Positions 47,959 to 56,179 of a stretch of DNA of 60,216 nt are shown here, piece after piece (the stretch's first letter is position 1; each line of letters begins with the position of its first letter). This DNA comes from an uncultured Bacilli bacterium (GTDB lineage: Bacteria; Bacillota_I; Bacilli_A; RF39; UBA660). Under the pieces are notes generated by a model, which had not been told where the DNA came from, ran no database searches, and saw only the letters and a program-made list of their open reading frames with translations. The stretch spans positions 1 through 60,216 of the forward strand of contig CANQLL010000001.1 of assembly GCA_947624705.1 (NCBI GenBank). The letters are read 5' to 3'. The translations under genes were made by a program, and so were the position numbers.

Positions 47959-48636
47959 ATGAAAAAACCAATTATAGGTATTATCTGCCAACCTTTTGGT
48001 TGGCAAGATAATTCCGTTTTTACTAATCGTTATTATATTCTTGATAACTATTCCCAAGTTATTATGAAAAATGGGGGTATTCCAATTGGTATTATTATGA
48101 ATGATTTAGAGTTAATTGAAGATAGTTTAAAATTATGCGATGGTTTTTTAATAACCGGGGGAATTGCAATTAAAGATTATCATTTAAAAGTTATTGATTA
48201 TGCTTTAAAAAATAATAAACCTTTATTAGGTATATGTATGGGTATGCAAGCTTTAGCTTTATATTCTTTAGCTGAAAATAAGGAAGAAAAAGGATTAATG
48301 TTAATTCCGCAAAAACATATTCATAATGATGAGATAACTCAAGAAACTAAACAAAAAACTATTCATAAAGTTAATATTATCAAGAAAAATAGTCATCTTT
48401 ATCAAATTTTTAAAAAAGATCAATTAGAAGTTAATAGTTTTCATAATTATCAAGTAAAAAAAGTAGGAAAGAATTTTGAAATTGTCGGAAAATCTACGGA
48501 TGGTATTATCGAAATAATTGAACATATTGATAAAAATAAATTTATTGTCGGTGTTCAGTGGCATCCCGAATTATTAGATAGTATGCAACCTTTAATCAAA
48601 ACTTTTATTGAAAAGAGTAGGATAAATGAAAATTAA
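47959..48636 (+). CDS. Class I glutamine amidotransferase-like / peptidase C26 (gamma-glutamyl hydrolase family)
   Basis: Nucleophile elbow LLGICMGMQ and the GVQWHPE histidine block. Confidence 0.8.
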   Translation: MKKPIIGIICQPFGWQDNSVFTNRYYILDNYSQVIMKNGGIPIGIIMNDLELIEDSLKLCDGFLITGGIAIKDYHLKVIDYALKNNKPLLGICMGMQALALYSLAENKEEKGLMLIPQKHIHNDEITQETKQKTIHKVNIIKKNSHLYQIFKKDQLEVNSFHNYQVKKVGKNFEIVGKSTDGIIEIIEHIDKNKFIVGVQWHPELLDSMQPLIKTFIEKSRINEN

Positions 48637-49444
48637 TGTCGATAGAATTAATTTAAGTAATAATAAAATTAAAATTGGCGTTATTAGTGATATTCATCAT
48701 ATAAAAAAGTGTCATGATGATTTTTATCAACCAATTTTAAAACAAATGCAAAAATTAAAGGTTCAATACATTTTAATCCCGGGAGATATAGTAGACGACC
48801 CGCAAATTGTTTATACAAAAGAAATAAATTATTTGATTAATTTTTGTAAATCTTTAGCTTTAATAGCTCCAGTTCTTATTTCTAAAGGTAATCATGAAAT
48901 AAAAAATGAAAAATATCCAATTAATCATTTATATAATATTTTAAATAATATTCCTAATATTTATGTTTTAGATAATAAAAGTATTGAACTAAATAACATT
49001 CAATTTATTGGCTTTTCGCCTTCTAATCAATCTTACTTACGAAAATATAAAGATAAATGGCAACCAAATTTTATAACGGAATTTAATAATTGTCATTTTA
49101 AAATCAATCATAACAAAATAACTATTTTGTTATGTCATAGTCCGGAAGTTATTACTAATGAAAATGTTTACCCAAACTTAAATGATTTTAATAATATTAA
49201 TTATATTGTTTGTGGCCATATGCACAATGGTTTAGCTTTTAAAAAAATTGAAAAATATTTAAAAAACAGAGGTTTATGTGGACCCAATTATGTAATTTTT
49301 CCTAAATATTGTCGGGGTATATTTACTTTGGGAAATTCTAAACTAGTTGTATGTAATTCCGTCCGAACTTTAACAAAAGATATGCTAATCTTTAGATTAC
49401 TAGATAAAATGTATGCTACGAATATTTCTGTTTTAGAAATTTGA
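48626..49444 (+). CDS. Metallophosphoesterase
   Basis: Calcineurin-like motifs SDIHH, PGDIVDD, GNHE and GHMH. Confidence 0.8.
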   Translation: MKINVDRINLSNNKIKIGVISDIHHIKKCHDDFYQPILKQMQKLKVQYILIPGDIVDDPQIVYTKEINYLINFCKSLALIAPVLISKGNHEIKNEKYPINHLYNILNNIPNIYVLDNKSIELNNIQFIGFSPSNQSYLRKYKDKWQPNFITEFNNCHFKINHNKITILLCHSPEVITNENVYPNLNDFNNINYIVCGHMHNGLAFKKIEKYLKNRGLCGPNYVIFPKYCRGIFTLGNSKLVVCNSVRTLTKDMLIFRLLDKMYATNISVLEI

Positions 49445-49502
49445 CAAATAAGCTAATTTTTTATATAATAAGTCCCAGTTTAAAAAAAGGGGGCTTTTTA
49501 TT

Positions 49503-50231
49503 ATGGCTAATAAAAAATTAATAAGTGCTATTATTGCGGGGATTATTACTTTATCCTCAAGCATTAAAGCTGCGGATAAAGAAAATTCATTAAATTATCA
49601 ATTTGATGATGAAATTTTAAGGCAAACTTTACAAACTAAAAAAGAAGAAGAGTTAAAATTATATCAAGAAAAAATTGCATCCCAAATTGCTATTTTAGAA
49701 TATTATCATAAGTTAGAAAATTCTGAATTTCCAACTTATGATTTAACGCAAGAAGAATTAATTAGTATAGCTAGATTATGTGAACAGGAACAATATACTT
49801 TAGAAGGAGTTGCGGCCGAGGCATCTTTAATGGCCAATCGCTATGAACTTTATGGTAGTAATTATCAAAGTTTATATTCTTATGTACGTAATAGTGGCTG
49901 GTTTGCTAATGCTAGTTATTTTATGGATAATGGTCAAGTACGCGATGAGGCTATTTCAATTGTGAGAAAAGTTCTAATTGAGGGAAAAAGAACTATTCCA
50001 AGATATGTCGATAATCATGATTCTATAAGTGATGTAGCATCAATCAGTACGGGTGATGCTAGTGATAAAAATGACTATATAACTATGAAAACTAAGATTA
50101 ATAATGTTTATGGCAGTAGTTACACTTTTACTTCTTTTAATGGAAGTAATGATCCTTTTGGTTACACAAGTGCCCAAAATCGTGAAACTCTTGGGGAAGA
50201 TCATTATGAATTTACCAAAATTTTAAAATAA
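49503..50231 (+). CDS. Hypothetical secreted protein
   Basis: Signal-peptide-like N-terminus (LISAIIAGIITLSSSIKA). No motif recognised. Confidence 0.45.
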   Translation: MANKKLISAIIAGIITLSSSIKAADKENSLNYQFDDEILRQTLQTKKEEELKLYQEKIASQIAILEYYHKLENSEFPTYDLTQEELISIARLCEQEQYTLEGVAAEASLMANRYELYGSNYQSLYSYVRNSGWFANASYFMDNGQVRDEAISIVRKVLIEGKRTIPRYVDNHDSISDVASISTGDASDKNDYITMKTKINNVYGSSYTFTSFNGSNDPFGYTSAQNRETLGEDHYEFTKILK

Positions 50232-50292
50232 TTTATTTATTTTATCAATTTTATGTTAAAATAGAAACACTTTAACAAAGGAGGAAAATTAA

Positions 50293-50613
50293 ATGATAAT
50301 AAATATTGCTCAAGATTATACTAGTAATATAGGAGAAGGAAGATATACTGGTTTTGACTTCTTAGAAAGAATTCTACTTCCTAATTTAACTTTTGCTTTA
50401 GCTAATAATGAAAAATTAATTATTAATTTAGATAATCTTCAAAATTATTCAATAAATTTTTTTCAAGAATCTTTTGGTAATTTAACTTCTTATTTTACTA
50501 AAGAAGAAATATTTGCGACGCTTGAATTTGTTTTACATGATGATATTTTAGTTGTAAATATTATTAAAGAACTTATTACTAATAAAAAAGAAAGAATTTT
50601 AACTAGAAATTAA
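50293..50613 (+). CDS. STAS-like DUF4325 family protein
   Basis: 106 aa. The pattern of an N-terminal segment followed by LIINLDNLQNYSINFFQESFGNL resembles the DUF4325 STAS-like fold. Weak call. Confidence 0.4.
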   Translation: MIINIAQDYTSNIGEGRYTGFDFLERILLPNLTFALANNEKLIINLDNLQNYSINFFQESFGNLTSYFTKEEIFATLEFVLHDDILVVNIIKELITNKKERILTRN

Positions 50614-51013
50614 TTCTTTCTTTTAATTTTTGTAAACAAAAATTATTTATTTTATTATTGTTAAATGGTTCAGTATTATTTTTCATAATAGCTAATTTAT
50701 AATTATTAGAATCAATAAATACAGTATAAATAATATTATTTATAATATAAAAACAATTATTATCTTCTTTTAACTGATAATTAATTTTAAAAATTGTGGT
50801 TTGATTATCTAAAACTCCCGATATATAAGACTTATTTGAAGTAGAAATAGTTATTCTAGCTTTAAATTTATAAACAGGAATATCCATTATAGTGTGATTT
50901 TCTTATTGATAAATTGAACCAATAATTTCTTTATTACTTACAATTAAATGATTATCCATAATATTAGCATTAATATTAAATTTAGTTAAAATATAATTAT
51001 ATAAATCTAACAT
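50603..51013 (-). pseudogene. Hypothetical gene interrupted by one in-frame TAA (94-aa ORF 50603..50887 plus 36-codon N-terminal piece)
   Basis: ATG at 51013 with a GAGGA SD reads MLDLYNYILTKFNINANIMDNHLIVSNKEIIGSIYQ. A TAA follows at 50905-50903, and the same frame then continues ENHTIMDIPVYKF into the track ORF. Confidence 0.5.
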
Positions 51014-51252
51014 AAATATTCCTCATTTCTTGAGGAATATTCTAACACAAATTTAAAATTATTAATAGAAAAAATTGTTTCTTGGCTATGTATCTAAAAA
51101 CTATCTAAATCTTGAAGTGAAATTGATAATATGAGTCATGCTTAATTTTTAAGGATAATATTTATGTAAATTTATTTGTTTTTCGTCAAGCATTGCTCTC
51201 TAAAAGATTTGTAAAAAATATTTTAAAATTATTAAAAATTTTTATAAAATCA

Positions 51253-51281
51253 TTGTATAAAGAACAAATGTTTGACATAAT
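51253..51281 (+). promoter_or_regulatory. Extended -10 promoter of small-peptide module 3
   Basis: TTGTAT (51253-51258), 17-nt spacer, TGACATAAT (51273-51281). Inferred start at GGAATGCC (51289). Confidence 0.45.
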
Positions 51282-51342
51282 TGTTTTAGGAATGCCTAGT
51301 TAGTCTGGGTACTATTCTCCTTTTCTTTTTAAAGTGGAAGTT

Positions 51343-51441
51343 ATGAAAAAAACAGAGAAATATCTTTGTACTATCATAATACTCCTTAATCTTAATATTG
51401 TGATTTTAATCTTACTTATAAAAATAGTACCAACTGGATAG
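51343..51441 (+). CDS. 32-aa hydrophobic peptide MKKTEKYLCTIIILLNLNIVILILLIKIVPTG (candidate type I toxin)
   Basis: ATG 51343 to TAG 51439-51441, with a weak GGAAG SD. Charged N-terminus followed by a single TM-like stretch. Same module architecture as the loci at 9.8 and 20.0 kb. Confidence 0.4.
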   Translation: MKKTEKYLCTIIILLNLNIVILILLIKIVPTG

Positions 51442-51497
51442 GTCGGTACTAATCTAAGATTTGGAATAGTACCTAACTCAGCAAAATTAGGTATTCC
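51418..51497 (-). ncRNA. Candidate antisense sRNA of module 3 (about 80 nt)
   Basis: Minus-strand TAAAAT (51509-51504), start near GGAATACC (51497). Hairpin 51470-51476/51487-51493, then hairpin 51426-51431/51445-51450 followed by ATTTTTAT on the minus strand. It overlaps the peptide stop codon. The promoter block is 30/32 identical to that of the module 2 sRNA. Confidence 0.45.
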
Positions 51498-51541
51498 TTT
51501 TTTATTTTATGCAAATTTCTTTGACATATTAATCATAACAT

Positions 51542-51597
51542 AAAGACGACTTTTTTGACAAGTCGTCTTTTGCTATACTCGAAAGTTCGAGTTTTTA
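51542..51597. terminator. Two hairpins between module 3 and tRNA-Arg
   Basis: AAAGACGACT (51542-51551) pairs with AGTCGTCTTT (51561-51570). ACTCGAA (51577-51583) pairs with TTCGAGT (51586-51592), followed by TTTTT on the plus strand. Confidence 0.5.
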
Positions 51598-51602
51598 TCA
51601 AT

Positions 51603-51679
51603 CTGGCGTCCACAGTAGGATTCGAACCTACGACCGTACGCTTAGAAGGCGTATGCTCTATCCAGCTGAGCTATGTGGA
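51603..51679 (-). tRNA. tRNA-Arg (anticodon UCU)
   Basis: The reverse complement folds as a cloverleaf. Acceptor GTCCACA/TGTGGAC, D-arm GCTC-AGCTGGATA-GAGC, anticodon stem TACGC/GCGTA with loop CTTCTAA, T-arm GTAGG-TTCGAAT-CCTAC, and an encoded CCA. Confidence 0.93.
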
Positions 51680-51795
51680 CGTTTTTGCATTTGCAAATTG
51701 ATTATATCTTAATTTACTAAGATTTTCAATAACAATTTGCAATCTTTTTTAGGATTGTCTTAAAATTTAATTTTATACGTAAAAAAACTATCTTT

Positions 51796-52755
51796 TTAGA
51801 TAGATTTATCACAAACTTTTAAACATTTACTTATTTCTTCATCATTAACTCTAAAAATAACTTCATCAATATCTAAAGTATCTTTTAAAGATAATGATAT
51901 TGTATATTTAACTTCTTCTTGAATATTTTTCTTTTCTAAATCATTAAATAAATTTTCATTAAAACTTAAACTAATACTATTTTCTTTAATTTCATAATCT
52001 TCTAATTCAGCATTAGCTTTTAAATAACTCATTAAATTAGTTTGATAAATAGGATTACTTTTAAGTTCATTAATAATAATCTCCACTTTGTTTTGATTAT
52101 CATTACTAATTTTAGTAACTGGAACATAATAATAACTATTAGCATATTTAGATATATAATAAATAGTTGTTTTGGAAGTATCTTTAAAAGTTTTTAAATC
52201 ATAAACTTTATTTATGCCATAACTTCGATCTAAAACTTGTGGTAATTTTTTCTTAGAGTGGGGTAGTTCATTTAAAATTTCGCCTTCGACAAAAATCATT
52301 ACTTGTTTAATATCATCAATGGTTGTTAAAGAATAAACTATTGATTCTAACATTTTTTCTTCATTTTCCTCACTAATATTTAAGATATCTTTGGAAAAAT
52401 CAACTTTAATTAAATGATCTTTATAATCTATATTATTAATTTTAGTATTTTTAGGGATAATAGCTTTAAAACCATTAGGAATATATTCGCTTTTTTTACT
52501 ATCAATAATTAATGTTTCAATTAATTCTGTTGCTTTTTTTACGGTATCGGTACTAGTTGTTATAATATCAGTCATTGCTACATAATTGTTTTCATCAATT
52601 AAAAAAATACTACTTTTATTATCTTCTTTAGCAATATAATTGGTTTTTGTTGGATAATTTTCTTGATTTTTAGAAGGAAATAAATATAAAATACCGACTA
52701 TTAATAAAGCACAAGTAGCAATGGCAATTTTTCTTAACGACGCTTTTTTAAGCAT
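51796..52755 (-). CDS. gerM: GerM-like sporulation/germination protein (membrane-anchored, two GerMN-like repeats)
   Basis: N-terminal TM anchor and two repeated about 130-aa segments of GerMN-like pattern. Adjacent to gerE and spoIIIAH-like genes. Confidence 0.5.
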   Translation of the reverse strand: MLKKASLRKIAIATCALLIVGILYLFPSKNQENYPTKTNYIAKEDNKSSIFLIDENNYVAMTDIITTSTDTVKKATELIETLIIDSKKSEYIPNGFKAIIPKNTKINNIDYKDHLIKVDFSKDILNISEENEEKMLESIVYSLTTIDDIKQVMIFVEGEILNELPHSKKKLPQVLDRSYGINKVYDLKTFKDTSKTTIYYISKYANSYYYVPVTKISNDNQNKVEIIINELKSNPIYQTNLMSYLKANAELEDYEIKENSISLSFNENLFNDLEKKNIQEEVKYTISLSLKDTLDIDEVIFRVNDEEISKCLKVCDKSI

Positions 52756-52825
52756 AATTTATCACCTAATAAATTATATTTAAAAAAGCAAAAATTATTC
52801 CATAAGAAAAAAGTCGTTAAGACTT

Positions 52826-53032
52826 TTAAATTGATAATTCACCTAATTTTATCAGTTCCACAACTGCTTGAGCTCTTCCTTTGACGCCAAGTTTTTGCAT
52901 TGCATTAGAAATATGATTACGTACAGTTTTTTCGCTAATTCCTAAAAATTCCGCAATTTCTTTGGTTGATTTATTTAAAACTAAAAGTTCAAAAACTTCT
53001 TGTTCTCTAACCGTTAGAATATTTTTTTTCAT
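52826..53032 (-). CDS. gerE: LuxR/GerE-type sporulation transcriptional regulator GerE
   Basis: The 68-aa protein is nearly colinear with Bacillus GerE (LT.RE.EVFELLV..K.TKEIA..L.ISEKTVRNHISNAMQKLGVKGR.QAVVEL...GEL). Confidence 0.9.
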   Translation of the reverse strand: MKKNILTVREQEVFELLVLNKSTKEIAEFLGISEKTVRNHISNAMQKLGVKGRAQAVVELIKLGELSI

Positions 53033-53070
53033 GACTTAACCTCACTTTCATTTTATATCCGTATCCATTT

Positions 53071-53098
53071 TATTTTATGAACAATATTAAATTTAAGT
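53071..53098 (-). promoter_or_regulatory. Sigma-K-like promoter upstream of gerE
   Basis: Minus strand AC (53098-53097), 17-nt spacer, CATAAAATA (53079-53071). This fits the AC-N17-CATAnnnTA pattern. Confidence 0.35.
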
Positions 53099-53121
53099 GA
53101 GAGTTAAAGACCTAAATATAT

Positions 53122-53628
53122 TTAACTTTGAAATTTTACGGTTATATACATTCGGGTTTCAAAATTATTTTGAACAGTTCTAATTATTTGATTAGCTAAC
53201 TGTTCATTATGTTCTTTATTTGAAATTACGACTTGAACTTGATCTTGTTTTATTTTAACAAAACTTTTTAATTTATGATTTTCATAAATACTTTTTTCAA
53301 TTTCTTCTTCTTTTCCTTTATTTTGATTTAATTCTTTTAATGATTCATAAGCATCATTTTTTTCTTCAACCGTAGCACTTTCATTTAATAATACTTCTTG
53401 TAAAGTATTCATTTCTTTTAAAGTTTCTTCATCGGCTTCAACTCTTAAAGCCGCCAGGACATCATTACTTTCTACTTCAACTGTTTCAGCCGTATCATTA
53501 TTAGAATTTTTAATTGTTTGTAGAACTTCATCAGGCATAGTTAAATAATAAATACTTAAAACTAAGATTAAACTAAAAAGCGTCAAAAACCATAAATTTT
53601 GTTTGTTAATCAATGTTAACACCTCCAT
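53122..53628 (-). CDS. spoIIIAH: SpoIIIAH-like stage III sporulation protein
   Basis: NKQNLWFLTLFSLILVLSIYYL matches the SpoIIIAH N-terminus (KQTVWLLTMLSLVVVLSVYY). An acidic linker follows, then a C-terminal YscJ/FliF-like segment ending ...ITVKFQ. Confidence 0.7.
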   Translation of the reverse strand: MEVLTLINKQNLWFLTLFSLILVLSIYYLTMPDEVLQTIKNSNNDTAETVEVESNDVLAALRVEADEETLKEMNTLQEVLLNESATVEEKNDAYESLKELNQNKGKEEEIEKSIYENHKLKSFVKIKQDQVQVVISNKEHNEQLANQIIRTVQNNFETRMYITVKFQS

Positions 53629-53774
53629 GTATTTCTAATAATTCATATGAAAAAAATAAAAATATATTCCATTTTTCAATTAAAAAACCCTCTTGCTAAA
53701 TTTAGAAAATAATTTTATAATTAAGTTAGTAGATATTTATTATAAATGAATGTTTATTAAGAAGGAGGAAATAT

Positions 53775-55328
53775 ATGGGAATTTTTACATCACCCATTGT
53801 TTCTCTTTTGATTGGAATTTTAGCAGGTTCAGGACTTGTTGTGTTGATTGTTTTCATTCGAAACAATCAACTTGAAAATAAAGCTAATAAATTTTTAGAA
53901 AATGCCAAAAAAGAAGCTGATAAACATAAAAGAGATTCTTTACTAGAATTAAAAGAAGAATCTTTCCGTTTAAAACAAGAAACTGATAAAGAAGTTAAAG
54001 AAAAGAAACAAGAAATTGCACTTAATGAAGATAAATTAATGCAAAGAGAAGCAAGTTTAGATAAAAGAGAAGAAATGCTTCAAAATCGAGATTCTTTATT
54101 AGATCAAAAAGATAATAATTTATTAGCTAAACAAAAAGAATTACAAGAAAAAGAAGAAAAAATGGATGAACTATTAAAACAAGAAATAACAGAATTAGAA
54201 AAAATAGCAAAATATTCGAAAGAAAAAGCTCATGATGAAATCATGAAAAGAGTCGAAGAGACAATGGCTAAAGAAATTTCAAGTTATATTAAAGAAGAGG
54301 AAGCCAAAGCTAAATTAGAAGCTCATGAAATTGCTAAACAATTAATTGTGGGTAGTATGCAAAGATATGCTGGAGATGTTACTAATGAACAAACCGTTAG
54401 TACGATTGAGCTTCCTAATGATGAAATGAAAGGTCGTTTAATTGGACGAGAGGGTAGAAATATTCGTTCAATTGAAGCCGTAACGGGAGTAGATTTGATT
54501 ATTGATGATACTCCTGAGGCCATAGTTATTTCTTCATTTGATCCATTAAGAAGAGAAATGGCTAAGATAACAATTGAAACATTAATTAAAGATGGTCGTA
54601 TTCACCCCACAAGAATTGAAGAAGTTTACGAAAAAGTAACTAATGATATGAATACGAAAATTACCCAAATTGGTAATGAAGCTATTTATGAATTAGGTTT
54701 AACTAAAGTTGAACCAGAGTTAGTTAATTTAATTGGTAAATTACATTTTCGGACTAGCTATGGTCAAAATGCTTTACAACATTCCAAAGAAGTTGCGCAT
54801 TTATGTGGTTTAATGGCTAGTGAATTAGGCGAAAAGGTGGCTTTAGCTAAACGTGCGGGTTTACTTCATGATATTGGTAAAGCCATTGATTTTGAAGTTG
54901 AAGGAAGTCATGTGGAATTAGGCGAAATGATAGCAAAAAAATATCATGAAGATAAAGTAGTTTTAAATGCGATTATGTCGCATCATGGAGATACCGAACC
55001 TAATTCAGTTATATCGGTTTTAGTTCAAGTAGCTGATACTTTATCTGCAGCTCGACCTGGGGCACGAAATGATTCGCTTGAAAATTACATCAAACGATTA
55101 GAACAACTAGAAGAAATTGGCTCTTCTATGGGAGGTGTTGAAAAAACTTATGCGATGCAAGCGGGACGTGAACTTCGGGTTATAGTACGTCCAGAAGAAA
55201 TAAGTGACCAAGAAAGCCATAAGATTGCTCGGGATATTAAAGCTAAAATTGAAGAAGAAATGCAATATCCAGGAACTATTAAAATTAATGTTATAAGAGA
55301 AACAAGGGCAACAGAAGAAGCAAAATAA
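53775..55328 (+). CDS. rny: Ribonuclease Y
   Basis: N-terminal TM, long coiled coil, KH domain (GRLIGREGRNIRSIE) and HD domain (LLHDIGKA, HHGD). Confidence 0.97.
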   Translation: MGIFTSPIVSLLIGILAGSGLVVLIVFIRNNQLENKANKFLENAKKEADKHKRDSLLELKEESFRLKQETDKEVKEKKQEIALNEDKLMQREASLDKREEMLQNRDSLLDQKDNNLLAKQKELQEKEEKMDELLKQEITELEKIAKYSKEKAHDEIMKRVEETMAKEISSYIKEEEAKAKLEAHEIAKQLIVGSMQRYAGDVTNEQTVSTIELPNDEMKGRLIGREGRNIRSIEAVTGVDLIIDDTPEAIVISSFDPLRREMAKITIETLIKDGRIHPTRIEEVYEKVTNDMNTKITQIGNEAIYELGLTKVEPELVNLIGKLHFRTSYGQNALQHSKEVAHLCGLMASELGEKVALAKRAGLLHDIGKAIDFEVEGSHVELGEMIAKKYHEDKVVLNAIMSHHGDTEPNSVISVLVQVADTLSAARPGARNDSLENYIKRLEQLEEIGSSMGGVEKTYAMQAGRELRVIVRPEEISDQESHKIARDIKAKIEEEMQYPGTIKINVIRETRATEEAK

Positions 55329-55671
55329 TGCTTCTTTTTGTTTAGCAAAACTCATAATAAAAACGTTGAAACGGAATATATCATATATTTGCACAATGGA
55401 TATCAATTAAAAATAAATTGTTGATAGGTTAACATTATTATATGAAAAAATTATGAGAGTAAAAGCTGAATTATTTTAGATTTTTGATAAAGATGAAGTT
55501 TACTCTATATAATTTTGATTATATTTTTTATTTGATATAGTTACAAAAGAAATTTCATTTCAAATTAATTAAGTGTAATTTACATAACAAATGACAAACA
55601 ATTTGTAAATTGTACATTTTTAATTTACAAATCATTTTACTTTTGCTATGATATTTGTGCAGGTGGAGTAT

Positions 55672-56160
55672 ATGATTCAGTATTTAAATTTTTTAACCGA
55701 AATAATAGGTCAATTAAGTATTATAGATATGATTTTAATTATTGCTTTAATAACTTTTATCATCTTAATTATATCTGTTATCTATTTATATAAAATAAGC
55801 ACTATAGAAATTGAAGAGGAAGAAGAAAGCGAAGTAAATGATATGATGGATTTAAAAGAAATAAGTAGACAAATTGAAGAAAATCAAAGAACACGTAATA
55901 TTGAACTTACTCCTTATGAACAAGAACAGGAAGAAAAAGCTATTATCAGTTATGATGAACTTATTAAAAATAATAATTCCATGCGTATTAATTATGATGA
56001 TGAAGATGATACTTCGGGTATCTTAGTAAAAAAAGTAGATTTAAAAAATATTGCTGATATTGATGAAACTAGTAATGATACCGAAGTGCATGCGATTAGT
56101 TATAAAGAAGAAGAAGCTTTTTTAGAGGCTTTAAAGAATTTAAAAAATATGTTATCATAG
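55672..56160 (+). CDS. Hypothetical membrane-anchored acidic protein
   Basis: Start moved to ATG 55672, which has an AGGTGGAG SD 3-4 nt upstream. One TM, then a Glu/Asp-rich tail. Confidence 0.45.
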   Translation: MIQYLNFLTEIIGQLSIIDMILIIALITFIILIISVIYLYKISTIEIEEEEESEVNDMMDLKEISRQIEENQRTRNIELTPYEQEQEEKAIISYDELIKNNNSMRINYDDEDDTSGILVKKVDLKNIADIDETSNDTEVHAISYKEEEAFLEALKNLKNMLS

Positions 56161-56179
56161 GAACCTATGGTGATGAAAA

